Notes: generated from the letters alone by a model not told the origin. DNA of 59,915 nucleotides, filler included, from 6 parts of 6 records of this genome joined end to end with filler, not necessarily neighbours in it; one strand, 5' to 3'; counted from the whole stretch's first letter, positions 40,533-50,555 are shown. Program-made: numbers and translations.

Positions 40533-40959
40533 CACAGACGCGAAGACGCTGGAACTCATGGACCTTCTGCGCATCATGGCGGAGCGGAACCTCGCGCAGG
40601 TCGAGCGCATCTTGCGGGGTCTCGCGGGCGGCGAGGATGCGCCGGAGCCCGTCAGCCGCGCGGACCTCGCCGCACGGCTCGCGGAAGGCTCCGTCACCGT
40701 GCTCGACGTGAGGCCTGCCGACGAATACGCCGCGGGCCACATTCCCGGCGCGCTGAACGCGACCCTCGCGCAGCTGGAGCAGATCCTCCCCACGCTCGCG
40801 CCGGACGCCGAGATCGTCGCCTATTGCCGCGGCCCCTACTGCGTCTACGCCCATCAGGCCGTTGCTACGCTGCGCCGCCACGGGCTCAACGCACGGCGGC
40901 TGGAGGGCGGTCTGCCGGAATGGCGCGAGGAGGGACGGGAAGTCGCGCGCGTCGGTTGA
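40533..40959 (+). pseudogene. ArsR-rhodanese fusion, 5' (HTH) part removed by IS insertion
   Basis: TDAKTLELMDLLRIMAERNLAQVERI (ArsR tail and linker) then LDVRPADEYAAGHIPGA..YCRGPYC..LEGGLPEW. Confidence 0.7.
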
Positions 40960-40961
40960 CC

Positions 40962-41483
40962 TCAGGCCACCTCGTCAACCCTCGTTGTCACTTCCTCAAC
41001 CCAAGCCGTCAGCGCCGCGGGATCACACGGTAGTTGAACTGCCAGCCCTTCCGCGAAGCTCTCGAAGGCCGCCCGGTTGAGCGCGTTGAGGCCGACCAGA
41101 ACGGGGATATCCATCGCGACCGCCTCGGCGATCACGCCACGGAACCCTCTCCCTTCGGCCTCGTGTTTGCCGAACTTGTTGACGATCAGCAGGTCGGCGC
41201 CGGAGGACAGGCTGGCCGCAACCATTGCGACCGCCGTTTCCAGAGCGGCCGGGTCGAGGCGGCACCCCCGCGCCTGCGGGCCGAGGTCCTGGCTGATGCG
41301 AAGAACGGCACCAGCGGGCAGCACCCGCACATCCATGTCGCAAGGGCCAGCATCGGCGCGCTCGCTGTTGATTTGGACGGTGCCGCAGCATCTGAGGCCC
41401 CGGGCCGCGAGGTCTGCTGCCAGCCGTTCAAGCACCAGATCCGTATCGCCGCGTCCCGGCGCCATCGTGTAGGCGAGTTTCAT
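40962..41483 (-). CDS. DUF2478-family protein
   Basis: CDMD, ISQDLG..ARGCRLD, DLLIVNKFGKHEAEGRGFR. Confidence 0.9.
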   Translation of the reverse strand: MKLAYTMAPGRGDTDLVLERLAADLAARGLRCCGTVQINSERADAGPCDMDVRVLPAGAVLRISQDLGPQARGCRLDPAALETAVAMVAASLSSGADLLIVNKFGKHEAEGRGFRGVIAEAVAMDIPVLVGLNALNRAAFESFAEGLAVQLPCDPAALTAWVEEVTTRVDEVA

Positions 41484-41495
41484 GTTCGGGCTCCT

Positions 41496-42773
41496 TCAGG
41501 ATTGGCAGAATGGTTGGAATTCGACCAGCGCACCGGCTGGCAGGCTCTCGGCGTCGGCGGGCAGGAAGATCAATCCATCCGCCACGGAAAGCAGGCCGAC
41601 ACGGGCCGAATGTGTGGCATCCTCGAAACCGACGATCTCGCGACCATGGGCATCGAAACCGGCCAACCTGGCGGGCCGGAGTTCGCAGCGCCCGGGCTTG
41701 CGGCGGATCGGGCTTGCGGTCACGACATGGCGCCGGGTCGGAGTGGGTCCCTCGCCGCTCAGGGCACGAATCAGCGCCAGTCCGAAGACCTGCCATGTGA
41801 CGAAGGCTGATACCGGGTTGCCGGGCAAGCCAAGCCACTGAGCCTTGCCGATACGCCCGACCGACACCGGCTTGCCCGGTTTGATCGCGACGCCGCTGAA
41901 CAAGGTTTCGCCTCCGAGCGCCATGACGGCTGGTTTAACATGGTCTTCTTCACCCACCGAGATACCGCCCGTGGTGATGACCAGATCGGCCCGCGCCGCC
42001 ATGTCGCCCAATTGACGGACAAGACCGGCAAGGTTGTCGGCACCATGATCCGAGGCAACGATGTCGACATCCGCAGCTGCAAGGCTTGCCATCAGCATCG
42101 GTGTGTTGACGTCCCAGATCTGGGCGGCCTCACGCGCGCCTCCGGCGCGCCGAACCTCGTCGCCGGTGACCATTAAAGCCACGCGCAACCTGCGCCGAAC
42201 GCGCAGGATGCCTGCACCGGCGGCGGCACAGGCGGCGATCTCCCTCGGGCCGAGCCTCTGCCCCTTATCGATGACGGTCGCGCCCTTGGCCATGTCACTG
42301 CCCGCACGGCGGATGTTCAAGCCCGGTTCAGGTCGGCGCGACAGATGAATGACGTTCCCCTCACGCTGAACCTCCTCCTGCATCACGACCGCGTCCGTGC
42401 CTTCCGGGATTGGAGCGCCGGTGAAGATCCGGGCCGCCATGGCTCCTGCGACCGGTGTCGTCACCGCCTGCCCGGCAGGCACGCGCGCAACGACCGGTAG
42501 CACCCAGGGTCCGGCGCCAGTCAGGGCCGATGTCGCGATCGCATAGCCATCCATTGCCGCATTATCGAAAGCCGGTGCCATGGACCGGGACCGGACCGGC
42601 TGGGCAAGAATACGGCCAAAGGCGTGGTCAAGCGACAGGGCCTCGGTCCGGCCGACCGGTGCTACCTGCCCTGTAGTCCGGGCCAGGGCCTCGTCGATGC
42701 TGATCAGCGCGTGAAGCATATCCTGACTGTCACAGCCGCAGCCCAGAGACGCGATGGCTTGGTGTATGGTCAT
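41496..42773 (-). CDS. moeA: Molybdopterin molybdotransferase MoeA
   Basis: FDNAAMDGYA, RIFTGAPIPEG.DAVVMQE, TGDE, TTGGISVGEEDHVK, IKPGKP, GLPGNPVSA. True start MTIHQ overlaps the CA stop. Confidence 0.93.
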   Translation of the reverse strand: MTIHQAIASLGCGCDSQDMLHALISIDEALARTTGQVAPVGRTEALSLDHAFGRILAQPVRSRSMAPAFDNAAMDGYAIATSALTGAGPWVLPVVARVPAGQAVTTPVAGAMAARIFTGAPIPEGTDAVVMQEEVQREGNVIHLSRRPEPGLNIRRAGSDMAKGATVIDKGQRLGPREIAACAAAGAGILRVRRRLRVALMVTGDEVRRAGGAREAAQIWDVNTPMLMASLAAADVDIVASDHGADNLAGLVRQLGDMAARADLVITTGGISVGEEDHVKPAVMALGGETLFSGVAIKPGKPVSVGRIGKAQWLGLPGNPVSAFVTWQVFGLALIRALSGEGPTPTRRHVVTASPIRRKPGRCELRPARLAGFDAHGREIVGFEDATHSARVGLLSVADGLIFLPADAESLPAGALVEFQPFCQS

Positions 42774-43402
42774 TGTGCTGCCTCCTCGGCGGAATGGGTA
42801 GACTGGAAATGCCCGGGCCCGATGCTGCAATCGAGATCTCTCAGGCGCCCGTCCTTGAGGCCATAGATCAGGCCGTGCACGCGGATATCTGCTCCGCGGC
42901 GCCATGCCCTCTGCAGAATCGGCGTCTCGCAGACACGCCGCACGCCTTCGACCACATTGAGTTCGGCCAGCCGGTCGCGTTGTGCTTCGAGGTCGGCTTC
43001 GCGCCCCAGGTCGACCGCGTAGCCGCGGGCCAGGCGCCGGATCGGCTCGAGCCAGTGATCGGCCAGACCGTGTGGCAGATCTTCGGTCGCGGCCTTGACC
43101 CCGCCGCAGCCATAGTGGCCGCAAACGATGATCTCGCGGACATGCAGAGCATCGACCGCGAATTCCAGCGCCGACAGCAGGTTCATGTCCGAGGAATGAA
43201 CGATGTTGGCGACGTTGCGATGGACGAACACTTCGCCCGGATCCAGCCCCGCGACCACGTTGGCCGGAACACGACTGTCCGAACAGCCGATCCAGAAGAA
43301 CTCGGGCGCCTGAAGGGCGGCAAGGCGGGTGAAATAGTCTGGCTCCTCGACGTGACGTTGTTTCGACCACGCCACGTTGCGCGCCAAGAGGTCATTCAGC
43401 AT
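42770..43402 (-). CDS. Beta-class carbonic anhydrase
   Basis: WIGCSDSRVPAN, GEVFVHRNVAN, VCGHYGCGG. Confidence 0.95.
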   Translation of the reverse strand: MLNDLLARNVAWSKQRHVEEPDYFTRLAALQAPEFFWIGCSDSRVPANVVAGLDPGEVFVHRNVANIVHSSDMNLLSALEFAVDALHVREIIVCGHYGCGGVKAATEDLPHGLADHWLEPIRRLARGYAVDLGREADLEAQRDRLAELNVVEGVRRVCETPILQRAWRRGADIRVHGLIYGLKDGRLRDLDCSIGPGHFQSTHSAEEAAQ

Positions 43403-43961
43403 CGGTCGTCTCCGGAAAATCTGGCAGCCCGCGTCTTGACCGCATGTGTTTCGACAGGATCCGCAGATCGGCCCGAGTCAGCCGGACCCGGGCAATCGGC
43501 AAGAGGATTGCGTTCTCGGCCACCAGGTGGCGGCGCACGTGCCCCGCAAACTTGGACAACACCCCGCGCTCCTTAGCAGACAGAGCGCCCTCCCTATCGA
43601 GGTACCCGGCCAACATCGCACGCACCTCGGGCAGCAGACGCATCGCCTCATCCTGATCTGCCCTGATCCGGTCGATCACACCTTCGATAGCATCCTCAAC
43701 CTTGCAGCGCCGGGCAAGAAGCGGGAACAGGTCCTCTGCCTCGTCGCGCAGGTGGACATTCAGTTCCTCGTTCAGAAAGCGCAGCACCGTTGTCGCTTCC
43801 TGGCGATTGAGAGCGTCTGCCGTTGCCAGCCGGTCGATCATCGCGCAAACCTGACGTTCGCGCAGGTGGTCGTCGCTGATGAAATCCAGAGGATTTGCAA
43901 GCAGGCCCAGCCTCGTCGGGTTCTCACCGCTCCCACGCAGCAAAGGCTCTGACGGTTGCAT
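43392..43961 (-). CDS. Hemerythrin-like domain protein
   Basis: DDH, H..DE..DLFP, RRHL..EN.ILLP. Confidence 0.8.
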   Translation of the reverse strand: MQPSEPLLRGSGENPTRLGLLANPLDFISDDHLRERQVCAMIDRLATADALNRQEATTVLRFLNEELNVHLRDEAEDLFPLLARRCKVEDAIEGVIDRIRADQDEAMRLLPEVRAMLAGYLDREGALSAKERGVLSKFAGHVRRHLVAENAILLPIARVRLTRADLRILSKHMRSRRGLPDFPETTDAE

Positions 43962-43981
43962 GACACGTCCTTTCGCGTGGT

Positions 43982-44785
43982 TCAGATCGGCGCGAGGCTT
44001 GCGCCGGTGATTTGTGCGCCTTGGGCCAAGGTTTCGACGAATTGCCGAGAGGCCCTCGCCCAGGCTGCCTTCTCGAGAGCCTGCGCGATTCTGGGTCGGA
44101 CGCTCTCAAACGGCAGCACCTGACCCGGTGCGATGGCGTTCAGGCGGATGATGTGCCAGCCGTGCCGCGACAGAACAGGTGCGGGGCTGATGCCGCCCTC
44201 GGTCAGAGTGCGCAACGCCGTCTCGAACTCGGGCACAGTGTCGCCCGGGCCAAGCTGGCCAAGATGCCCACCGGACGCCTTGGAGCCGCAATCGCTTTCA
44301 CGGGCAGCGGCGGCAAACCCTTTGGCGTCGCCATCAAGCCGCGCCAGCAGAGCAACGGCCCGTGCCTCGGCCATGGCGCGTTCGGCGTCGTCGCGCGGAT
44401 CGCAGGCACACAGGATATGCGAGACATCCCAGAGCGGCGCGGAGCGGTAGCGATCAGGGTGCTTGGCCCATTCGGCGCGCACTGCCTCTTCCGTCACGGG
44501 CGCGATGGTCAGCACTTCGTCCAGAAGGGCGCGGATCCGTGCCTCTTCCTCGGTCTCAAAGCGGTTCGGCGCCAGTTCCATCGGGTCGGGCGACAGCCCC
44601 CGGCGCATCGCCTCCTGCAACAGAAGAGCGCGGATCGCCAAGGCCTGCGCTGCCTTGCGCCAGGCGATGCCCGGCTTGTCTTTAGGGGCTTCGTGGTTCT
44701 GGGCCTCGGCAGCGATAGCCGCCGAGGGGATGGTTTCGCCGTTCACGACGACATCGGGAAAGAGGGCCACATTCATCTGGCTCAC
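43982..44785 (-). CDS. Parvulin-type peptidyl-prolyl isomerase (NifM-like, nar-associated)
   Basis: VVNG, VSHIL, SDCGSK..GG.LGQL.PGDTVPEFE, SRHGWHII. Confidence 0.9.
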   Translation of the reverse strand: MSQMNVALFPDVVVNGETIPSAAIAAEAQNHEAPKDKPGIAWRKAAQALAIRALLLQEAMRRGLSPDPMELAPNRFETEEEARIRALLDEVLTIAPVTEEAVRAEWAKHPDRYRSAPLWDVSHILCACDPRDDAERAMAEARAVALLARLDGDAKGFAAAARESDCGSKASGGHLGQLGPGDTVPEFETALRTLTEGGISPAPVLSRHGWHIIRLNAIAPGQVLPFESVRPRIAQALEKAAWARASRQFVETLAQGAQITGASLAPI

Positions 44786-45549
44786 TCCGCTGGCGTCGTG
44801 GCGGTGGGACCGCGCTTGGCTTGCACCTTGTCATAGGCGCGACGCCGTTCTTCGAGCGGGCGATACCGTCTCGAGCGCACGATCTGGTAGCCGGCCCTCG
44901 AGAACAGGTAACGCAGCGGGGCGAAGATGCCAGAAGCAATATGGACCAGCCTTGTAAAGGGGAAGACCAAGAAGATCGTCAATCCGAGGAAGAGGTGCAG
45001 CTTGAAGATCAGGGCCACATCCTCGATCTGCGCCGCAGCGCCGGACCGGAAGGTGAATATCCCTTGAGCCCAGGACATGAACTTGGTCATCTCGTGACCA
45101 TCGAGATGCTGCAGCGATACGAACACCGTCCCCAAACCGAGCACCAGTTGCGCCAGAAGCAGCGCCAGAATGGCGATGTCGGCAAAGCTGGACGTCTTGC
45201 GAATGCGCGGATCTGTCCAGCGGCGGTGCATGAGCATCCCACCACCCACGAGGGCCATCACACCGGCGATACCGCCGGCGACCACGGCCAAAAGCTGTTT
45301 GGCCCCGTGGCTGATGCCTATGGCATCGAAAACCGCGATTGGGGTTAGCAGGCCGACGAGATGTCCGACAAAGATCACCAAAACGCCGACATGAAACAGG
45401 ATCGAACCGATGATCAACTGCTTGCGTCGCAGCATCTGGCTCGACGAGGTTTTCCACGTGAAGGGATCACGCTCGTAGCGCACGATCGATCCGAGCAGAA
45501 GAACAGACAGAGCGATATAGGGATAAATGCCGAAAAGAAAGTTGTGCAT
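44782..45549 (-). CDS. narI: Respiratory nitrate reductase gamma subunit
   Basis: FLFGIYPYIAL, WKTSSSQML, LFHVG..GH..GLLTP, HLFLG..FPFTRLVH; GGAGG RBS before MHNF. Confidence 0.96.
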   Translation of the reverse strand: MHNFLFGIYPYIALSVLLLGSIVRYERDPFTWKTSSSQMLRRKQLIIGSILFHVGVLVIFVGHLVGLLTPIAVFDAIGISHGAKQLLAVVAGGIAGVMALVGGGMLMHRRWTDPRIRKTSSFADIAILALLLAQLVLGLGTVFVSLQHLDGHEMTKFMSWAQGIFTFRSGAAAQIEDVALIFKLHLFLGLTIFLVFPFTRLVHIASGIFAPLRYLFSRAGYQIVRSRRYRPLEERRRAYDKVQAKRGPTATTPAE

Positions 45550-45560
45550 GTCTGCCTCCA

Positions 45561-46274
45561 TTATTCGGTCACGGGACGCGCATCTATTGCGCGGCGGCTC
45601 GGGCTGTCCATCGCCGCGAGCATGTCGCGGACTTGTGGACAACCTGCAATGGGATCGGGGCCGAAAGTGACTTCCGTTTCCTCCCAGACAGCGTCGAGCG
45701 CCGCGAGGTCGGTCGGGTCATCATCGGGCTGGGCCAGCATCTCGGCCACCGCTTCGGCGTCGGCCTGCGCGTCGGCGAGCTGGGAAAGAGCGGCGAACGC
45801 GGCGGCATATCCACTCTCGCGTCGGACAAGCCGGGCCGCGAGAGCGTCGAGGATATGCGCCGCGTCCGCCAAGGTTTCCTGCACTTCTGCGAAGGGACGC
45901 GTCGACAGGAATTCCAGCAGCACCGGCAGGTGGTCGGGCAGTTCCGTTGTGGCGGGCTCGAACCCGCCCGCCCGGTAGGTCTCGATCAGGCTGACCATCG
46001 CGCCGCCGCGGTCCCGGCTTTCGCCATGAACGTGCTCGAAGAGATTGAGCGATAGCGTTCGCGACCTGTCGAAGAGCATCACATAGCTCTCCTGCAGATC
46101 GTAGAGGTCGGCGTCTGCGAAGCCATCGGTCAACGAGCGCAGTGCGGCGCGTTTATCGGTGGCGATCCGGGGATCGGAACCAAGAATGGCCCCGATCTCG
46201 GGCATCGCCTCCTGAAGTTCCCGCGAGGGATAGCTCAGGATCAGCGATAGGGCTTTCAGGGAACGGTCCAGCAT
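45561..46274 (-). CDS. narJ: Nitrate reductase molybdenum cofactor assembly chaperone
   Basis: LSYP, Y..LFDRSR.LSL.LFEHVHGESRDRGGAMV, ELPDHLP..LEFL. Confidence 0.96.
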   Translation of the reverse strand: MLDRSLKALSLILSYPSRELQEAMPEIGAILGSDPRIATDKRAALRSLTDGFADADLYDLQESYVMLFDRSRTLSLNLFEHVHGESRDRGGAMVSLIETYRAGGFEPATTELPDHLPVLLEFLSTRPFAEVQETLADAAHILDALAARLVRRESGYAAAFAALSQLADAQADAEAVAEMLAQPDDDPTDLAALDAVWEETEVTFGPDPIAGCPQVRDMLAAMDSPSRRAIDARPVTE

Positions 46275-46781
46275 CAGAAGGTCTCCTGCGGAAGGGCGAA
46301 CTTTTTCTTCTTGCCGCCGAAGAGCGTCGTCTTGCCCGCCTCGCCGGTGGAACAGCCGTTGCCGTCGGTGAAGCCGCAGCCGCCGCGGATGTCGGCGCCG
46401 TGCTCGTTCTGCTCGCGGTGCGCCGTGGGGATCGCAAAACGATCCTCATAGTCGGCGATGGCCATGATCTTGTACATGTCCTCGATCACCCGGCCCGACA
46501 TGCCGACCCGGGCGGCGATCGCCTCGTCCCGCACGCCGTCCACTGTCAAAGCCCGCATGTAGAGCCGCATCGCGGACATGCGTTCGAGGGCGTGAACGAT
46601 GGGCTCTTCGTCGCCCGCCGTCAGCATGTTGGCGAGGTATTTGACGGGGATGCGCAGCGACCGCACGTCGGGCATCTGGTCGCTCATTGCGACCTGTCCC
46701 GCCTGAGCGGCGTTCTGGATCGGGCTGAGTGGCGGTATGTACCACACCATCGGCAGCGTCCGGTATTCCGGGTGCAGCGGG
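46274..46781 (-). CDS. narH: Respiratory nitrate reductase beta subunit, C-terminal fragment
   Basis: PLHPEYRTLPMVWYIPPLSPI, SLRIPVKYLANMLTAGD, AIADYEDRF.IPT, GCGF. Confidence 0.96.
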
Positions 46782-46881
46782 NNNNNNNNNNNNNNNNNNN
46801 NNNNNNNNNNNNNNNNNNNNNNNNNTTAATTAATTAANNNNNNNNNNNNNNNNNNNNNNNNNNNNNNNNNNNNNNNNNNNN
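46782..46881. other. Artificial contig spacer
   Basis: N run with TTAATTAATTAA. Confidence 0.99.
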
Positions 46882-46944
46882 TTGGCATGAATAGTTTGGC
46901 ATGAATAGTTTAGCATGAATAGTTTAGCATGAACAGTTTGGCAT
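46882..46944. repeat. 14-bp tandem repeat (TTRGCATGAAYAGT x4.5) at contig start
   Basis: Units start at 46882, 46896, 46910 and 46924, with a partial unit at 46938. Confidence 0.95.
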
Positions 46945-46955
46945 TATTTGCGCAA

Positions 46956-47504
46956 CTAATCAATCCACGGGCGATTTTGTAGTTCCGTTTTGGCTGCCTG
47001 GCAGGCTTCGATATTCGGAATAGGGTGCGGGGCCGGAACACTCATGGCAATCCGACTCTCCTGGGGCCGACCGGGAAGGTAAACAACCACACATTCCCTG
47101 CCGATTTCATGCGGCTGAATGATGCGGGAAGAAACTCGTGAAAATACGCCCGTGCCACCGTCAGTTTCGACTTCATACTCATAAATGGCATATTGTGCAC
47201 CGGGGCGACGCCCGTTACCGCCTGTGTATTTAATTCCAACAATCAAGCCGCTGGTGCATTTACCCGCCGTGTGCAGCTCAAGCAGGGGCTGACGGAAATG
47301 ATGATAATCCCAAGATAGGTACGCAAGCACAGCCACAACGGCGATGAGCGCACCAAGCATCAGCGGTTTGCGACGAACACGACGGGCTTCCTGTTGATCG
47401 CGATGGGGCTTGCGCCTGGGGTCCATGCGGCGCTCCAGAAAACTCAGGGCCCGGCGCTGCCATGGTACGCGCCGATTACTTTTGGACCTTTTTTGATGGG
47501 ACAT
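46956..47504 (-). CDS. Hypothetical single-TM protein (DUF3592-like)
   Basis: Basic N-terminus, one TM, then T.G.IVG..YEYEV..IG....VVYLPGRP.ESRI. Confidence 0.55.
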   Translation of the reverse strand: MSHQKRSKSNRRVPWQRRALSFLERRMDPRRKPHRDQQEARRVRRKPLMLGALIAVVAVLAYLSWDYHHFRQPLLELHTAGKCTSGLIVGIKYTGGNGRRPGAQYAIYEYEVETDGGTGVFSRVSSRIIQPHEIGRECVVVYLPGRPQESRIAMSVPAPHPIPNIEACQAAKTELQNRPWID

Positions 47505-47585
47505 CGCAGCACAACAATTGTTAAAATGAATTGCTTGTCGTTTACAGCGGCTACGTAATTCTGGCCGGCTGAGCTCATGGATGTT

Positions 47586-48068
47586 TTAGACTATCGGAAA
47601 ATCCATACCGCCCGCTGGTTTGCCAAGGATACGGCACATTGCCAAAATCTGGCCCTGATGGTGATACAGATGTGTTAAGGTACGCATAAAAACATGTGCC
47701 GGCATTAACATGCGTTTGTTGTCGCCCCATGTTAACATCTCGCGCTGTGTATTCAGTTCGGCATCGGAGGCATTGCGCAGGTATTCCTGTGTGATCGCAG
47801 CGACTCTTTGACGGTAGCCCACAATAGAATCGATGTCTGGATGCTTATCGCTTTCGTCGTCGGCATTAAACGCTCCAAGCAGGACGCCGATCCAATATTC
47901 TTCAGCTCCAATTTCGTGGCAGAGTTGGAAGCGCACGGTCGTAATTCCAAATCCGGGAATTTCACGGTTTAACTCTGCGTCAGTTAAAGTCCGGCAGTGC
48001 TCTATCAGGCTCTGCAGATTCTGGTGTGCGCGTGTGTGCAGGTCCAGCAGCGCGGCGGAAGTGTACAT
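47586..48068 (-). CDS. DinB/YfiT-family protein
   Basis: HEIGAEEYW and TH.YHHQGQI..MCRILG. Confidence 0.88.
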   Translation of the reverse strand: MYTSAALLDLHTRAHQNLQSLIEHCRTLTDAELNREIPGFGITTVRFQLCHEIGAEEYWIGVLLGAFNADDESDKHPDIDSIVGYRQRVAAITQEYLRNASDAELNTQREMLTWGDNKRMLMPAHVFMRTLTHLYHHQGQILAMCRILGKPAGGMDFPIV

Positions 48069-48175
48069 GTTTGTCTCAGCTTATGTTGGAACTCGTGCTT
48101 AACGGCAAGTTAAGATTTCTTGCAGACGACCACAATTGCTCTTGACTGAAGCAGCGCAGAATAGCATAAAAACAC

Positions 48176-48229
48176 AAAAAGCCTGAGACGGAAGTGACGC
48201 CGTCAGGCAAAACGCGCGGCTCAAAGCGC
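48176..48229. repeat. Dispersed REP-like repeat, copy 2
   Basis: AAAAAGCCTGAGACGGAAGTG-N20-CGGCTCAAAGCGC, matching 10972-11022. Confidence 0.8.
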
Positions 48230-48341
48230 CGCCCTGGAATCAAGAACACAACAGCAAGTTCGGCACTTACCGGTCTGATAGTACGTCCCTTGTTTCTGTC
48301 TCGCTGGGCATATCTGCCAAATTGCGAAACCCGATCCGATT

Positions 48342-50441
48342 GTGCCAAGAGATCTGGGACTACCAGGCGTGAGCCAGAACAACATAGACAAACTGCGCGT
48401 CAGAGTTGCCGCTACCCGTGGCCTGCGAAAAATCCGTGCCGAAGCCGAGCTCATAGCCGTACTCGTGCAGTCAAACCAGCAGGAAGCCCTTGAGATTGCG
48501 CGCGCCTCAACTAAACGTGCACGCGGCCTCCTTCACAAACAAGCGGGACGCCGTGCCGACTGCAGCGCCTATAAGAACAATCTGGCCTGGATCCTGCGTA
48601 CGCTCGCCTATTCCCTTAGATTTGGCCAGCATTACGAAGAAGCCGAATTACATATCCTGGAAGCTGTGGAGCTGTTCCGCCAACTGGAAGATCACGCCGA
48701 ATTACTACGCAGCCAGTATGTGCGCCACCTCCTTTTCCGTGACCAACGCCGTTTTGCCGAAGCCCTTGCCGTGATTGAAGATGCACTGGCAGTAGCGCAA
48801 CTGACGCAACATCAACAACAGGATGCGACACTGCACGGTGCACGCGGCCCGCTGCTTTCCTTTCTGAATCGCCCTGATGAAGCGCTGCAGGCTTACGAAA
48901 TGGCAATCGACCTGGCGCAAAACGCGGGAGAATTTATGACGCAGATGGTTGCGCTGGGTGACTCCGCAACTCTGTATGAAACACGCGGCCAGCCGGCCAA
49001 AGCCGCTGCGAACCTGCGTCAGGTATTAAATATTGACAGTCAACACGGTCTGCTGGGCAAAATCAATCTGGCCAATGTTCAGTGGAATCTGTTCCGCACC
49101 GAATATACCTGTGGCAGCATCCAGGAAGATACTTTGGTCCTGCTGGACAAGGCTATTGAGAATTCGCTGGAAATCGGCCAGACTATTCAGGCGGCCTACC
49201 AGCTATACCAGCGCGGACTTGCACAAGAAATACAGGGGCAGAACCTGGCGGCGCTGCAATCCCTGCTGCGCAGCCTGGAATTCTATCAATCCGGCACGCA
49301 CAAGCTTGGAATTGCGATGTGCAAAGTAAAAATCAGCGGAATGTTGCAAAGCCTGGATCTCCATGCACCGGCGCAGCATTTTCTTGACGAAGCCATCAGC
49401 TATTACAATGCGCTGGAGGTGCACGACATTCGCTCAAGTGATGAACTGCGCGTCGGCTTAACACAGGTGGCCAAGATGGGAGTCGCACAGCTTGACTATC
49501 ACAAGTTTCTGCCCTTGTTTAAGCTGCTCGTTACCCCCCAATCCGGCAACCGCTCAATGCTGGAACTCAGCAAACAACTGGGCTTGGCCAATATGCTGCA
49601 GTGCACCGGGGATTTGGCGGGGGCCAAGATTCACTATACAGAAATTATTGAAGTTGCGCGAAAACACGGCTATAACATGCGCCTTTTTAGCTGTATGATT
49701 TCGCTGGGAGAGCTACTGCTAAAAATGGGTGATCCGCATGCTGCCCGCAAGTATCTGCTGGAAGGTGCCCGGACGGCGGACGCGCACAATGCCAGGTCCT
49801 TGCAGTTTCACGCTTTAAATGCGCTGCTAAAATCCGAGCCCGACAATCCTGAGCTCCTTGCGCAAGTTAATGGCCTCCGGCAGGAATTGTTTGGACCCGC
49901 GCAGCGCTCACCCGCCGAAGCCCTGATCCAAAGTCATTTGCGTCAAGAAGCCGAAGACCAGGCCGAACAACTCAGGCAGCAGCTGCACAACTCTCAGCGG
50001 CAATTGGCTGAGAGCCGGCGTGCCCTCAGCGCGCGCGACGCACATATCAGCCACCTGACAGAACGAATGGAGCAAATTGCCGTAGCGCTCCAATCCATGC
50101 ACGGCAGGCGCACAGAAAACTCTGACAGTTTGCAAGATGATCTGCAAGAATTACTAAGACTCACGCAATCTGCCGGCGATCTAGACAGTTGGAAAAACTT
50201 AGAGGACGGCACTCGCAGCCAGGACGAGAAGTTTTTGCTGCGACTGGCTGAAAAATTCCCGGCACTTACTCCCAGTGAACGCAAACTCTGCGCTCTCATC
50301 CGCCTGGACAACACCACGCGCGATCTCTGCCGCCTGCTCAATCTCTCCACGCGTTCAGTCCAGGTCTACCGTTACCGCCTCCGCAAAAAGTTTGGCATCG
50401 ACTCCTCGGTTAAACTCAGCACCTTCATTCTGGAACTCTAG
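48342..50441 (+). CDS. TPR-repeat / coiled-coil / LuxR-type HTH transcriptional regulator
   Basis: TPR-like helical repeats, then FPALTPSERKLCALIRL..TRDL..LLNLS.RSVQVYRYRLRKKFGI. Start uncertain. Confidence 0.88.
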   Translation: MPRDLGLPGVSQNNIDKLRVRVAATRGLRKIRAEAELIAVLVQSNQQEALEIARASTKRARGLLHKQAGRRADCSAYKNNLAWILRTLAYSLRFGQHYEEAELHILEAVELFRQLEDHAELLRSQYVRHLLFRDQRRFAEALAVIEDALAVAQLTQHQQQDATLHGARGPLLSFLNRPDEALQAYEMAIDLAQNAGEFMTQMVALGDSATLYETRGQPAKAAANLRQVLNIDSQHGLLGKINLANVQWNLFRTEYTCGSIQEDTLVLLDKAIENSLEIGQTIQAAYQLYQRGLAQEIQGQNLAALQSLLRSLEFYQSGTHKLGIAMCKVKISGMLQSLDLHAPAQHFLDEAISYYNALEVHDIRSSDELRVGLTQVAKMGVAQLDYHKFLPLFKLLVTPQSGNRSMLELSKQLGLANMLQCTGDLAGAKIHYTEIIEVARKHGYNMRLFSCMISLGELLLKMGDPHAARKYLLEGARTADAHNARSLQFHALNALLKSEPDNPELLAQVNGLRQELFGPAQRSPAEALIQSHLRQEAEDQAEQLRQQLHNSQRQLAESRRALSARDAHISHLTERMEQIAVALQSMHGRRTENSDSLQDDLQELLRLTQSAGDLDSWKNLEDGTRSQDEKFLLRLAEKFPALTPSERKLCALIRLDNTTRDLCRLLNLSTRSVQVYRYRLRKKFGIDSSVKLSTFILEL

Positions 50442-50517
50442 TCCGGACCATCGTTTGGTCAATTCGATTTTACGTTGTTAAACCTGGCAGTCGCTTTCTG
50501 GCGTTCTGTTGGGCTTT

Positions 50518-50555
50518 TGTTGTATATGTGTTTCAACCAGCGCACGATACTTTTG
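50518..50555 (+). promoter_or_regulatory. Candidate Bacteroidota-type promoter TGTTGTA-N23-TACTTTTG
   Basis: TAnnTTTG -7 consensus; same architecture as 59495-59532. Confidence 0.55.

Noticed and set aside
41496-43370. 624-aa ORF suggesting an N-terminally extended MoeA
   Set aside because: The extension is an alternative frame of the carbonic anhydrase gene; the real start is at 42773 with an ATGA overlap and an RBS.
1-46781. sox plus nar genes implying one nitrate-respiring sulfur oxidiser
   Set aside because: They lie on separate contigs with visibly different base composition, so they cannot be assigned to one organism.
46882-46944. Possible CRISPR array
   Set aside because: Head-to-tail 14-bp units with no unique spacers and no cas genes.
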